Part shown: positions 20,410 through 31,293 of the stretch, piece after piece
How the letters are laid out: each line of letters opens with the position of its first letter
How positions within the stretch are numbered: the stretch's first letter is position 1
Assembly: GCA_900544645.1 (NCBI GenBank)
Contig: UQWG01000002.1
Coordinates: 10,715-74,714 of the forward strand
Length of the DNA stretch: 64,000 nucleotides
Origin: an uncultured Collinsella sp.
GTDB lineage: Bacteria; Actinomycetota; Coriobacteriia; Coriobacteriales; Coriobacteriaceae
Reading direction: 5' to 3'
Translations under genes and position numbers: made by a program
The notes under the pieces: generated by a model
What the model saw: only the letters and a program-made list of their open reading frames with translations
Databases searched by the model: none
What the model was told of the DNA's origin: nothing

Positions 20410-23400
20410 TTAGATAACCGTCACGCGGCCTTGGTTGCCGACGATGGCCTTTGCCTCTGCCAACAGCGGAATCGAGCGTGCGTTGACCTTGGCCGGCACC
20501 TCGGCACGCAGTACGCGCCCGTCCACCTGCTCGATAAAGATCTCCACGCGGTCGCCGCCCGGGTTGGCGGTAAGCACCGTGGCAAGACGCGCCATATTGC
20601 CCTGGCTAAAGCGGCTGTTGGGCACCATGACCTCAAACACCTTGGGCTTGTTGTTCTCCTCGTTGAGCTCAAGCGGCACGATCTCCTGCGCGATGATCTG
20701 GTCGCCGCGGTCCGAGCGCTCGAGCTTGCCCTTAATGCGAACAAACGCATCGGACAGCTGCGCGCCGGTCTCGGGATCGACCTCGCCGTACAGGTACCCC
20801 TCAGCCTCTTTATAGGTCTTGGGGAACACCACGACCGTGGCCTCGCCTTCCATGTCCTCGAGCTGCACAATGCCCATGGGGTCGCCGTTTTTGGTCACGC
20901 GCTTGGACACGCTCGAGACCATGCCGGCCCACCACAGTGCCTTGCCCTCGGGAATCTCCTGGTTGATGGTACCGCCCGTGGGGTTTTGCACCTCGTAGCC
21001 GGTGTCGATCTGCGAGAACGAGAAGTCGCGCGCCTTGGCTAGCGCATACTCAAACGGGCGCAGCGGGTGGTCCGAGACATAGATGCCCAGAACCTCCTTC
21101 TCCTGGCTCAGCTTAAGGTGGCGGTCCCACTCCTGGCCATCCGGATCGGGCACGCTCACCTCAAAGCCCGAGCCCTCAACGTCGCCAAACATATCGAAGA
21201 ACGACGTCTGGCCGCTCGCGCGATCCTTCTGGCGCTTTACTGCGGCATCGATGATGTTCTCGGGGTTGTTCTTGTCCACAAAGTGCATCATCTGGCGACG
21301 CGGATACCCCGTGGAGTCGAAGGCGCCTGCCTTGATGAGCGATTCGATCACGCGGCGGTTTGCCTGGCTGGAGTCCACGCGCTCGACAAAGTCGTGCAGC
21401 GTCTTAAACGGACCGCCCGCCTCGCGCTCGGCGATAATCGCCTGCGCCACGCCGGTGCCCACGCCGCGGATGCCGGCCAGACCAAAGCGCACGCCCTCCT
21501 TGGTAGCCGTGAACTCGGTACCGGACTCGTTGACATCTGGCGAAAGCACGGGGATGCCGTCGTGACGGCATGCCGAGACGTAGTGCACGATCTTGTCGGT
21601 CTTACCCGTATAGGACGTCAGAACGGCCGCCATGTACTCGTGCGGATAGTGCGCCTTGAGCCACGCCGTCTGCATAACCAGGATGGCGTAGCCGGCGGAG
21701 TGCGACTTGTTGAAGGCGTAGGATGCGAACTCGAGAACATCGTCCCAAATCTTCTGGGCGACCTCGCGCGTGTAGTTGTTCTTGATAGCGCCGTTCATCC
21801 AGTGGTCGTAGGTGGTCTCGTCCGAGCCATCCTCCCAGTGGAGCACCGTCGACGTGAGCAGCTTAATCTTTTTCTTAGCCACGGGCTTACGGATACGCGA
21901 GTCCGATTCGCCCTTGGAGAAGCCGCACATCTCGACGGAGATGAGCATAACCTGCTCCTGGTAGACCATGGTGCCGTAGGTTTCGCCCAGGATGTCGTCC
22001 AGGCGGTCGTCGTAGGAGACGGCCGGCTCCTTGCCGTTCATACGGTTGATGTAGGACGAGACCATGCCGGCGCCCAGCGGGCCCGGGCGGTACAGAGCGA
22101 TCAATGCCACGACGTGCTTGTACTCGGTGGGCTTCATGTTCTTGATCGTGGCCGTCATGCCGGCGGACTCGACCTGGAAGACGCCGGCGGTGTGGCCGGA
22201 GCCCATGAGTTTAAAGATCTCGGGATCGTCAAAGGGAATCTCTTCCTCTTTGATGTCGATGCCGAAGTTCTTTTTGATGTTTGCCTTGGCCTTGGAAATA
22301 ACCGTCAGCGTACGCAGGCCCAAGAAGTCCATCTTGAGCAGGCCCATGTCGGCAACGGTATGGCCCTCGTACTGGGTAATCTCGACGCCGCCCTTGGTGT
22401 CGAGCTTGGTGGGCACATGCTCGTTGACGGGGTCGCGGCAGATCAGAACGGCGCACGCGTGCACGCCCTCGCCACGGGTGAGGCCCTCAATCGAGAGCGC
22501 CGTGTCGATGATGCGGCGGGCGTCGTCGTCCTTTTTATAGGCCTCGGCAAAGTCGGGGTTAAACAGATCCTCTTTGCCGGGTTGTTTTTCGAGCACCTGC
22601 TTGAGCTTGACCTTGGGGTCGCTCGAGACCATCTTGGACAGGCGCTGGCCCATGTAGACCGGGTAGTCCAGGACGCGCGCGGCGTCGTTGATGGCCTGCT
22701 TGGCCTTAATGGTCGAGTAGGTGATGACGTGGGTGACCTTCTCGGGGCCGTAGAGCTGGCGAACGTGCTCCACGACCTCGAGGCGCCGCTCATCGTCGAA
22801 GTCCATATCGATATCGGGCATCTCGGTACGCTGCGGGGACAGGAACCTCTCGAACATCAGGCCGTTCTCGAGCGGGTCAAACGCGGTGATGTTCATGGCG
22901 TAGGCGACGATAGCGCCGGCGGCCGAGCCACGGCCGGGGCCGACGCCGATGCCGTTGTCCTTAGCCCATTGCACGTACTCGGCGACGATCAAAAAGTAGG
23001 CGGCAAAGCCCTTGTCGCAGATGACCTTGTATTCGTACTCAAAGCGCTCTTTGATGTTGACGCCGCCGATCTCGCGCGTGGCCCAGTCGTCACCGTAGTG
23101 CTGGCGCAGGCCCTTCTCGCACTCGCGGCGGAACTGGCTCTCGTGCGTCTCGCCGGGATCGAGCAACGGGAAGCGCGGCAGGATGATGGAGTCCCAGTCC
23201 AGTTCCACGTAGCACTTGTCGGCAATCTCGAGCGTGTTGTCACAGGCCTCGGGGCAATACGGGAACATCGCCCGCATCTCCTCCTCGGTCTTCATATAAA
23301 ACTCCGAGCCGGTCATGCGCATGCGGTTGGGGTCGTCGACCTTGGCGTTCATGCCGATGCACATGATGACGTCCTGCACGGGCGCGTCCTCGCGGCGCAG

Positions 23401-24213
23401 GTAGTGAAAGTCGTTGGTAGCGATGACCTTGACGCCCACCTGTTTGGCGATGTCGATGAGCGTACGGTCCATCTGCTCGTCGGTCAGGCCATTATCGGTG
23501 GTAATGCCGTGTTCCTGAATCTCGATATAGAAGTCGCCGGGATCGAAGGTGTCGCGGAAGGTTTCGGCCCACTTGATGGCGCCTTCCATGTCGCCGCGGT
23601 CGATGTATTTGGGGATGATGCCCGCAATGCAGGCGCTCGTGCAAATCATGCCCTTGGCATGGCGACGCAGGTTGTCGAGCGTCACGCGCGGCTTGTAGTA
23701 AAAGCCCTGCACGGCGGCCTCGGAAACCGTCTGCATCAGGTTGACATAGCCCTCCTGGTCCTTGGCCAGAAGGATCATGTGGTAGAGCTCGGGCTTGTGG
23801 TCGCGGGCAAGGGTCTCGTCCGGCGTAAAGTAGACCTCGCAGCCAAAGATGGGTTTGATGACCAGGGGCGGCTTGAGCTCGTCGATATTGCCCTTCTCGT
23901 CCCACATGGCCATGTCCTTCACATACTGGGCATGCTCGCGCGGGTTTTCCTCGGGATCGGGCTCCACCAGCTCGTCACGACGGTCCTTTTCCAAGAAGGC
24001 CTTGTCGTGGCTCCAGGTTTTGTACTCGGGCGTGTTGTGGTTGACGGCGTCGCAGGCCAGCGCCAGGTCGGGCACGCCATACATGTAGCCGTGGTCGGTA
24101 ATGGCCACGGCGGGCATGCCCAGCTCAACGGCACGGTTGACCATATCCTGGATACGGGTTGCGCCGTCGAGCATGGAAAAGACAGTGTGGTTGTGCAGAT
24201 GGACGAATGCCAT
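20410..24213 (-). CDS. dnaE: DNA polymerase III alpha subunit
   Basis: HLHNH PHP motif, GRGSAAG, PDIDMDF, KMDFLGL, YAFNKSH and a C-terminal OB fold. Confidence 0.97.
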   Translation of the reverse strand: MAFVHLHNHTVFSMLDGATRIQDMVNRAVELGMPAVAITDHGYMYGVPDLALACDAVNHNTPEYKTWSHDKAFLEKDRRDELVEPDPEENPREHAQYVKDMAMWDEKGNIDELKPPLVIKPIFGCEVYFTPDETLARDHKPELYHMILLAKDQEGYVNLMQTVSEAAVQGFYYKPRVTLDNLRRHAKGMICTSACIAGIIPKYIDRGDMEGAIKWAETFRDTFDPGDFYIEIQEHGITTDNGLTDEQMDRTLIDIAKQVGVKVIATNDFHYLRREDAPVQDVIMCIGMNAKVDDPNRMRMTGSEFYMKTEEEMRAMFPYCPEACDNTLEIADKCYVELDWDSIILPRFPLLDPGETHESQFRRECEKGLRQHYGDDWATREIGGVNIKERFEYEYKVICDKGFAAYFLIVAEYVQWAKDNGIGVGPGRGSAAGAIVAYAMNITAFDPLENGLMFERFLSPQRTEMPDIDMDFDDERRLEVVEHVRQLYGPEKVTHVITYSTIKAKQAINDAARVLDYPVYMGQRLSKMVSSDPKVKLKQVLEKQPGKEDLFNPDFAEAYKKDDDARRIIDTALSIEGLTRGEGVHACAVLICRDPVNEHVPTKLDTKGGVEITQYEGHTVADMGLLKMDFLGLRTLTVISKAKANIKKNFGIDIKEEEIPFDDPEIFKLMGSGHTAGVFQVESAGMTATIKNMKPTEYKHVVALIALYRPGPLGAGMVSSYINRMNGKEPAVSYDDRLDDILGETYGTMVYQEQVMLISVEMCGFSKGESDSRIRKPVAKKKIKLLTSTVLHWEDGSDETTYDHWMNGAIKNNYTREVAQKIWDDVLEFASYAFNKSHSAGYAILVMQTAWLKAHYPHEYMAAVLTSYTGKTDKIVHYVSACRHDGIPVLSPDVNESGTEFTATKEGVRFGLAGIRGVGTGVAQAIIAEREAGGPFKTLHDFVERVDSSQANRRVIESLIKAGAFDSTGYPRRQMMHFVDKNNPENIIDAAVKRQKDRASGQTSFFDMFGDVEGSGFEVSVPDPDGQEWDRHLKLSQEKEVLGIYVSDHPLRPFEYALAKARDFSFSQIDTGYEVQNPTGGTINQEIPEGKALWWAGMVSSVSKRVTKNGDPMGIVQLEDMEGEATVVVFPKTYKEAEGYLYGEVDPETGAQLSDAFVRIKGKLERSDRGDQIIAQEIVPLELNEENNKPKVFEVMVPNSRFSQGNMARLATVLTANPGGDRVEIFIEQVDGRVLRAEVPAKVNARSIPLLAEAKAIVGNQGRVTVI

Positions 24214-24314
24214 GTGATGAGCTCCGATGCGGGTTCGTGTTCTGACTGAACGATTTTACCGCACGGCACGGACAGCACCCGAACCTAGCCAAACCAACAC
24301 GGCTCCTCTTGCAG

Positions 24315-24377
24315 TTGCGGTGGAATAGTTCCCGCTTGGGCCACCTGGACCGCAATACAGGAACTATTCCACCGCAA
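24315..24377. repeat. 63-bp REP-like palindrome, family B copy 1
   Basis: TTGCGGTGGAATAGTTCC-N27-GGAACTATTCCACCGCAA with perfect 18-bp arms. Confidence 0.8.
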
Positions 24378-24389
24378 GTTATCTGAGGG

Positions 24390-27300
24390 CTAGAGATTGT
24401 AGGTGACTACTTGAGGTTCGGCGGGTTCGACGAAGATGGCTGGATTCGCCTGCTCCACGCGAACGAACTTGACCGTCACCGTCTCAACGCCCGCCTTGTG
24501 CAACACGTCGGCGTAGACGCGCGCCTGCAGGGCGTGCTTCTCGAGCAGTTGGTCCGGCGTCTCATCCGGCGTGCCACCCGTCTTGTAATCGATGACCAGT
24601 GCGCGCGACGGATCGGCCGGGTCGGTGGCCAGTGCATCGATGGCGCCCTCGGCATAGGCACCGTAGCGGGCGATGTCCTCGTCCTCGCAGCCCAGCGAAA
24701 AGAACGGCACCTCGGCACGAACGCACGGCCACGCGAGCAGGTCAGCACGAACAGCCGACTTGAGCCAGCGATTCAGGGCGACATCGAAGCGCTCGCGCTG
24801 CTCCGGCGTCAGGCGCCACAGGCGCGCCAGCGCATCGGCGCGCGCAGCGGGCAGCGCATCGGCACCCATCTCGATGAGCCACTGGCAAGCGGCGTGGAAC
24901 GCCGAGCCCAGCGCCATGGGGTTGCCGGCGGGCCCAACGGCGGCCACGTCTGCATCCGTCATCTCCGAGCCATCCGACTCCGCATCATCGCCGACCTCGT
25001 CCATGGGCACGTGTGCCTCGGCGGCACGATCTTCCGTCTCGGCATGGAGCGCCGCGGCGATTGACGAGTAGCTATACGAATCACGCATCGGATACGGACA
25101 GATGCCCATGCGCACGCCCACTGCCTGGGGATACACAAGCTCAAACGAATCGGGCTTGGGGTCGGCAGGACCGGGCACGGTTGAGCGCGCAGCATTATCG
25201 GCGGCATCGGCATCGCCGCGAACAAGCCTGCCCTCGACATCCAGCGAAGCGTTGGCCTCAAACGCCTGCTCGCCAAACGTAAAGTCCGCCAGCGAGATAA
25301 GCTCGTAGTCGCCCGGCTTGGAGTTGTCGAACACCAAACGGTCGCTATCGAGCTGCGGCATGTCCAGACTGTCGGCCGGCAGGATGCGGCGCAGCACGTC
25401 GTAGGTCAGATCGATCTCGACGTCGAAGGTCGGCGCCGTCACCTTGCCACGGCTCACGCCGGCATCCATCGCCAAGATCACCAGCTCGCGCGCACGCGTC
25501 ATGGCGACATAGAGCAGACGAGCCCGCTCTTCGAGCGAAAGTTGCAGGTCGTCGTTGCGCAGACGGGCAAATGCCTCGGCGGGAGAGCCCGTCGCGCATA
25601 CGTCCTCCATAAGCTCTGGCGGCAACCACAGCGACGTGCCCTTGCCCTTAAACGCGTGTTCAAACTGCTTTTTGACGTCATCGCCCTTCACGAACGTACC
25701 GTCCGCGAGTTTAACGCCGTCGAAGCGTGCCGGCAGCGCCACGACCTGCGCTCCGCCCTCGACGCGACCCATCTGCGCCGCACCGGACGGCTTGCGCACG
25801 CCAAAACACTCGGCAACCGCCACGACCGGATACTCCAGACCCTTGGACGCATGCACGGTCATGATGCGTACCGCGCCGTCACCCTCCTCGTTGAGGGCGC
25901 CCGGGGCCTCCTTGCCCGCCAAGAAGCGGTCGAAGGCGAGCGCGATGGAGCGCGGAGAATTGCCGAGCTCGGCCTCTGCCTCGGCCACGGCGTCGAGCGA
26001 CTTGAGCACGTTGGCGGCAATGGCCTTCCCCTCGGGGCCGCGCTGCGCCAGGCGCACGAACCAGCCGGAGGCATTGACCGCGTCGCGCGCGATGGCGGCG
26101 AACGAATCACGTCCCACGCGACGAAGCGCGTAGCGCAGCACCTCGCGGGCACGCGTCACGAGCGGCAGGTTCTGCAAACCCGGCACATCGGAATCGCTCA
26201 TGATGCCCGCATCGATGTTGCGGCGCGACGTCTCGCCCGTCTGATCGTCGAGTTTGGTCGCCAGCGCCAGGAACTCCTGAGCGCCGAGTGCAAACATCGG
26301 CGAGGCCAGCAGTGGCATGAGACCCTGCGCCGTATCGGCCGGATTGGCAAGCGCGCACACCAGGGCACGCACCGTTTGGACCTCGGCGGCTTGGGCAAAG
26401 ACCGAGCCGCCTGCGATCACGCAGTCGAGCCCTTGGTCGCGGAAGGCCTGGGCGTAGACGTCGGCGTTGGTCATGCGGCCCAGCAGCAGCACCATGCCGC
26501 CCTGGGGCTGGCCGGCATCGGCAAGCGCGCGGAATCGCTCGGCGATCGCACGGGCCTTGGCCTGTGTGCGTTCCTGCGTACTGCCGCCGGCAACAAAGAG
26601 GGCCTGGCGACGCGAGGCGTCTGCCACCAGCGTGTCCTTGTGGCCGTCGCTCGCCTCAAGATCCAAAAAGCCCTGCATCAGGCCGCCGTCATCGCCGTCG
26701 AAGACGCGTGCCACATAGCGCAGCACCTCGTCGTGGCTGCGGAAGTTGCGCACGAGTTTGACGAGTTCGCCGGCAGGGGCATCGGATGCGACGGACGTCT
26801 CGGGCGCAGCAGAGGAGCCCACCTTGCGCTCCTGACGGCGGAACACCTCGACCTCGGCGCCACGGAAGCGATAGATGGACTGCTGCGCATCGCCTACGGT
26901 GCACAACGCGCGCTCCCCCGCGCCCGTCAGATAGCGAATCAAATCGACCTGCATCTGGTCGGTATCCTGGAACTCATCGATCATGACCATCTTAAAGCGG
27001 CCCTCGTATGCCGCTCGGATGGCCGGGTAATCGCACAGGGCCTCGTAGGCCATGCGCAGCAGGTCGTTGTTGTCGAGGGCAGACTGGCCGGCCTTGAGCG
27101 CGCGATACTCAGCCTCCACGGAACGGGCCAGGCCCACCAGCGCATCGAGCGCCGGGCCACCGCAGGCAAGCACGATATTGATAAACGCATCGGCGGCCTC
27201 GGCCTTGAGCAGCTCGACCTGCTCCTTAGGGAATGCCTTGCTCGCGCGCGGCATGGTGCACGACATCATGAGTCGCGCTGCATCGGCCATGGTCTTGCCG

Positions 27301-28016
27301 CTCGCCTCGAACGCGTCAATGGCGTCGAGTGCCATCTGCGCCTTCTCGGTCGCGGCCTTGCTTGCGCCCAGCGCTGCGCGATAGGCATCGGCGAGTGCCG
27401 AGGTATCGGCCTGGCCGCGCGCCACGCACACGTCGTCCATACCGCCCGGCAACTGGCTCGACAGCTCCAGCAGGTCGCGCACCAGGCCCTTGATGGTCGT
27501 GCCGGTGCCAAAGGAACCGCCCTCGCCCGCCATGGGATACCAGGCATAGAGGGCCTTGAGCGATGCCGCGAGCTCGGGGGCGGCATCGGGCGCCGTCGCG
27601 CGGGCCAGCACATGCTCAACAGCCTGGTCCATAAGCTCGTCGGTATCGGTGAGCACCGTGAACTCGGGGTCGATGCCCAGCTCCAGCGCATGCGCGCGCA
27701 GGATACGCGAGCACATGCCGTGAATGGTCGAAATCCACGCGTCGTCGACGGTCAGTGCTTCCTCGTCCATGCCCTCGTCGATAAGCGCACGGCGCACGCG
27801 GTCGCGAATCTCGGCCGCGGCATCCTTGGTAAAGGTGATGGCGAGCACCTGGTCCAGATGCTCGACGAACGGACCGGATTCGGGCGAGAGCGCGTAGACG
27901 ATGCGGCGCGTGAGGGTAAAGGTCTTGCCCGAACCGGCGCCCGCCGAGACAAACAGCGGACGGTCGAGCGTCTTGACGATCTGCAGCTGTTGCGGCATCA
28001 AAGTCGAAAGATCCAT
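24390..28016 (-). CDS. addA: AddA/AdnB-like UvrD helicase with C-terminal PD-(D/E)XK nuclease
   Basis: AGAGSGKT, DEFQD, VGDAQQSIYRFRGA, TVHASKGLE, YVAMTRA, and GAIDAL..IDYKTG motifs. Confidence 0.88.
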   Translation of the reverse strand: MDLSTLMPQQLQIVKTLDRPLFVSAGAGSGKTFTLTRRIVYALSPESGPFVEHLDQVLAITFTKDAAAEIRDRVRRALIDEGMDEEALTVDDAWISTIHGMCSRILRAHALELGIDPEFTVLTDTDELMDQAVEHVLARATAPDAAPELAASLKALYAWYPMAGEGGSFGTGTTIKGLVRDLLELSSQLPGGMDDVCVARGQADTSALADAYRAALGASKAATEKAQMALDAIDAFEASGKTMADAARLMMSCTMPRASKAFPKEQVELLKAEAADAFINIVLACGGPALDALVGLARSVEAEYRALKAGQSALDNNDLLRMAYEALCDYPAIRAAYEGRFKMVMIDEFQDTDQMQVDLIRYLTGAGERALCTVGDAQQSIYRFRGAEVEVFRRQERKVGSSAAPETSVASDAPAGELVKLVRNFRSHDEVLRYVARVFDGDDGGLMQGFLDLEASDGHKDTLVADASRRQALFVAGGSTQERTQAKARAIAERFRALADAGQPQGGMVLLLGRMTNADVYAQAFRDQGLDCVIAGGSVFAQAAEVQTVRALVCALANPADTAQGLMPLLASPMFALGAQEFLALATKLDDQTGETSRRNIDAGIMSDSDVPGLQNLPLVTRAREVLRYALRRVGRDSFAAIARDAVNASGWFVRLAQRGPEGKAIAANVLKSLDAVAEAEAELGNSPRSIALAFDRFLAGKEAPGALNEEGDGAVRIMTVHASKGLEYPVVAVAECFGVRKPSGAAQMGRVEGGAQVVALPARFDGVKLADGTFVKGDDVKKQFEHAFKGKGTSLWLPPELMEDVCATGSPAEAFARLRNDDLQLSLEERARLLYVAMTRARELVILAMDAGVSRGKVTAPTFDVEIDLTYDVLRRILPADSLDMPQLDSDRLVFDNSKPGDYELISLADFTFGEQAFEANASLDVEGRLVRGDADAADNAARSTVPGPADPKPDSFELVYPQAVGVRMGICPYPMRDSYSYSSIAAALHAETEDRAAEAHVPMDEVGDDAESDGSEMTDADVAAVGPAGNPMALGSAFHAACQWLIEMGADALPAARADALARLWRLTPEQRERFDVALNRWLKSAVRADLLAWPCVRAEVPFFSLGCEDEDIARYGAYAEGAIDALATDPADPSRALVIDYKTGGTPDETPDQLLEKHALQARVYADVLHKAGVETVTVKFVRVEQANPAIFVEPAEPQVVTYNL

Positions 28017-28019
28017 GGT

Positions 28020-31000
28020 CTACACGCCCCTCCTTACAAACGTTCCTTGGTGGTTATACGAACAGCGCGCATGCGCGGCTTGCGCCGATGTCGGGTCGAC
28101 AGCGGCGACGTCACCTGCCTCGAGCTCGCGCAGGCGCTCGGCAATGCCGGTCTCCACGCGGTCGAGCAGGGCATCGAAGTCCATGCTGCCGCCCTCGCCC
28201 GGGAAACCCTTCTTGAGGCCCGGGATGCGACCGTCACCACGCTCTTCCTCGAGCAACTCGGCACACGCCGCGCCGCGCAGCGCGGGCTTGCCGCCCTTGG
28301 TCGAGAAATAGAGCGCAGCACGGGTATCTAGGCCCAGCGCCCGACGCATGGCCTGGGCGTAGATGAGCGTTTGGGTATGTGGTGGCAACCAGCGCGGATC
28401 GTCGATGGGCGCCGTGCCCGATTCCTCGTCGCGCACCGTGGGGTCGGCGAGCTTAAACTCCTCAACGCCCGTGCGATGCTTGTAGTCGATCACCACGGCA
28501 CGATTCTCGGCGTCCACGTCCACGCGGTCGATGCGCCCGCCAAGCGGCCAACCGGCATACTCGACCTTGAGCTCGTTGAAGGCGAACTCCAGGTAGCGCG
28601 GGGCAAAGGGGGCAAGTGCCTCGGACTCGTAGGCAAGCACACCCTCCAGCTGCGGCAAGATCTCGGCCACCTGGCGTTCCTCCACCGCAGAGAGCGGCAC
28701 CAGCGGGCCCTCCGTGCCGCGCTTGCCGGCGTGCTCGGCCAACGTCTCGTCAAAGACCTCGTGCAGCAGCTCCTGTGCGCGCGGCAGATTCTCGGGCGTC
28801 ACGCGCTCCATGCCCTCTTGGGGCAGACGGGCATGCAGATGCTCCAGCACGTCGTGGACAAAGTTGCCCTTTTCCATGTTGCCAAAGCCCGCGTCGATCG
28901 ACTGGGGCTTCACGCGGTACGAGACGAACCAGCATAGCGGGCAGGTCGAATAGGCCTCGATCTGCGAGGCGGACGTCAGACGCGGCACGAGCGGCGCGTC
29001 CTCACCCTCGCCATCGCGACGGCGCAGGACCAAATACGGCACGGCCTCGGCACTCAGATGCTGAGGGGCTTCACAGGTCACGCGCTCGCGCTTGAGGCCT
29101 TCACCTGCCGCGGGATCAAAGTCGGCGATGATATCGCTCTCGCCCACGCGCATGGGCTTGGCAGCGCCAGCGGCCTCGGCATGTGCCCACAGCTCGGTCC
29201 ATACGGCTGCCGGGTAGCACTCGCGTGCCTGGCGATCGTGCGTCACACGGGCGAGCGCGACCGGACCGCTCGCCGCCTGCATCGCACGGCCAAAGCGCAC
29301 GCGCAGCAGGGCAGCGGGCTCCAAAGACACGCCGTCGCGGCGCAGCTCGGCTGTCAACGTGGCAAGCGGGCCCTCTTCGTGCGAAAGCGGATAGCTGTCC
29401 AGGTCGACATCGGCAAACAGCACGGCATCGTAGCTGCCAGGGCGAAGAACCGACGCATCGGCAAGCGAAACAAAACGAACCTGAGCACGTGGCGCACGGT
29501 CAACCTCGTAGGTCTCGTAATCGTAGGCGGTGCTACGCTTGTCCACCTTGGTGCGAATGCCATCGAGCACGGGCACGGTTGCAGCCTGCGACACGTCGAG
29601 CGTGCGGGCGCCATTCATAAGGATGTCGATGGCGTGGCGCAGCAAAGCCGTCTCTGCCTGACGACGGGCCTGGCCGTCAAGACCGCCTAGAGCGCGATCG
29701 GGCAGCGCCTCTGCAACGGCGAGCATGGCCTTGAGCGCCGTCACGGGTTTGTCGCGCCACAGCGCCTGAAACACGTCCGAGACCACGCACGGCACATTCT
29801 TAAACCAGTTATCGTCGCTGGCGGCCTTGCGGGCGCCCCTCACCTGGCCCTGCACGCTCTGCAGCAGGCTCTTGACGCCCGCAGCGGTCTTGCTGCGCGA
29901 CAGGCGTATGTTCTTGTCGAAGCCGCGGGCGCTCGCGGCGTCGGCACCCGAAAGCGGACTGTAGATCCAGTCGGTAAGCTGCGGCGCGGGCCACCACTCG
30001 GTCTTTGACGCCATGCCCTCATCGGCGGCCTTCATGCGCCCGATCAGGCCGGCAAGCGCCGCAAACTGCCTGCCCGCGATGGACTGGGAAAACGCCGTGA
30101 ACTCAGTTGTCTCGGCAGCGATATGACGAGCCGCCAGACGAGAGGCGAGCTCACCGAACAGCTGGGGTGCCCGGGCAGAAACGGCAAGCACGCGCACGGG
30201 GTCGGCAGAAGCGCCGTCGACCTCGGAACCCCGGCACGTTTTTACCAGATCATCAATTGCGTCCGCATAAGCATGAGCACGGGCATGGGGGCCAGCGACC
30301 TCAATAAAGGCAGGCTGAGCGGCGGTCCCGTAAGCGGCATCAGACGCGCCGACACCCTCCCCTAGCGGCGCGATCTCAAACAACACATCGCGGGCATCAA
30401 ATGCCGTGGCAAGCTCCTCGCGCATCGCCGCCTGCTCGCGGGCAAGCAGCACGACGACCTCTCCCCCATTGTTCGCCACGGCAGACAGCAGCTCGAGCAG
30501 ACCGTGCGTAAACGACGTGATACCGCGCACGCATACGGCGCGAGTGCACGCCGGCAGGCTATCGGCCAGGACACTGGTCATAATGTCAGCTGCCTCGCAG
30601 GGCTCAACCATATCTCGACGGTCCAAACCGCCCGCGTAGGCGCGCAAAAGCTCGAACACACGAGCCTCGGCATCGCTTTTTGGCTCAGGCTGGCAGTTGT
30701 CGCCACGGCATCGTTCGGCACCCGTCCCCGCAACGCCCGGCAACACGTCGCGGGCCATGCGCGCGAGCATGCGCACTGTGCCCTGGCTGCGCGAAAGCGG
30801 CTGCAGGTCGGCATCGTCGAGACGCGTGACCATGTCCGAGAACAGCATCTGGCGCTGCAGGTTGTCGACGAAACCGCGCCCGTCGCCCAAAAGCTCCCAA
30901 AGCGAGCGAAGCCACGATGTAGACGTCTTGTAGTCGATACCCAGCGAAACGCCGGCTTCCGCCGCATCATGACGGCACAGGTCGAGCTCGGCAAACGTAG

Positions 31001-31109
31001 GTGCCAGCAACACGGCACGCCCGTGGCGGACAATAAGGTCGGCAAGCAGCGCCGACTCGGCATCGCTCAAATCCGTGCCGGCATTGGTGGTATAGATTCG
31101 AACAGGCAT
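28020..31109 (-). CDS. addB: AddB/AdnA-like protein: inactive helicase-like region plus PD-(D/E)XK nuclease
   Basis: SASQIEAYSTCP, GRIDRVD, IDYK and Q..IY motifs; directly upstream of the addA-like gene. Confidence 0.8.
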   Translation of the reverse strand: MPVRIYTTNAGTDLSDAESALLADLIVRHGRAVLLAPTFAELDLCRHDAAEAGVSLGIDYKTSTSWLRSLWELLGDGRGFVDNLQRQMLFSDMVTRLDDADLQPLSRSQGTVRMLARMARDVLPGVAGTGAERCRGDNCQPEPKSDAEARVFELLRAYAGGLDRRDMVEPCEAADIMTSVLADSLPACTRAVCVRGITSFTHGLLELLSAVANNGGEVVVLLAREQAAMREELATAFDARDVLFEIAPLGEGVGASDAAYGTAAQPAFIEVAGPHARAHAYADAIDDLVKTCRGSEVDGASADPVRVLAVSARAPQLFGELASRLAARHIAAETTEFTAFSQSIAGRQFAALAGLIGRMKAADEGMASKTEWWPAPQLTDWIYSPLSGADAASARGFDKNIRLSRSKTAAGVKSLLQSVQGQVRGARKAASDDNWFKNVPCVVSDVFQALWRDKPVTALKAMLAVAEALPDRALGGLDGQARRQAETALLRHAIDILMNGARTLDVSQAATVPVLDGIRTKVDKRSTAYDYETYEVDRAPRAQVRFVSLADASVLRPGSYDAVLFADVDLDSYPLSHEEGPLATLTAELRRDGVSLEPAALLRVRFGRAMQAASGPVALARVTHDRQARECYPAAVWTELWAHAEAAGAAKPMRVGESDIIADFDPAAGEGLKRERVTCEAPQHLSAEAVPYLVLRRRDGEGEDAPLVPRLTSASQIEAYSTCPLCWFVSYRVKPQSIDAGFGNMEKGNFVHDVLEHLHARLPQEGMERVTPENLPRAQELLHEVFDETLAEHAGKRGTEGPLVPLSAVEERQVAEILPQLEGVLAYESEALAPFAPRYLEFAFNELKVEYAGWPLGGRIDRVDVDAENRAVVIDYKHRTGVEEFKLADPTVRDEESGTAPIDDPRWLPPHTQTLIYAQAMRRALGLDTRAALYFSTKGGKPALRGAACAELLEEERGDGRIPGLKKGFPGEGGSMDFDALLDRVETGIAERLRELEAGDVAAVDPTSAQAAHARCSYNHQGTFVRRGV

Positions 31110-31242
31110 GGTCCTCCGCTCAAACTGTTCGCAATAATCAATGCATCCATCCTACCCGCCCACGCGGACACATTGCCACCACAGCTCCATCTTTTGGTAC
31201 AAAGCAACCTGACCCCAACGAACCAGCCGATTGCGGGCATAT

Positions 31243-31269
31243 AAAAACCGCCCCCGGAGGAGCGGTTTT
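31243..31269. terminator. Terminator-like hairpin after the yerC-like gene
   Basis: AAAAACCGC-ccccggagga-GCGGTTTT. Confidence 0.55.
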
Positions 31270-31293
31270 GCACAATTCGTTTTTGTCGCCGGC

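Noticed and set aside
23860..24045. Intein in dnaE
   Set aside because: Too short and lacks the N-terminal Cys/Ser and C-terminal His-Asn splice motifs.
14331..28331. Long plus-strand ORFs (14331..16508, 17550..19178, 21067..24249, 25542..28331)
   Set aside because: Antisense shadows of well-supported minus-strand genes, as expected with high-GC codon bias.
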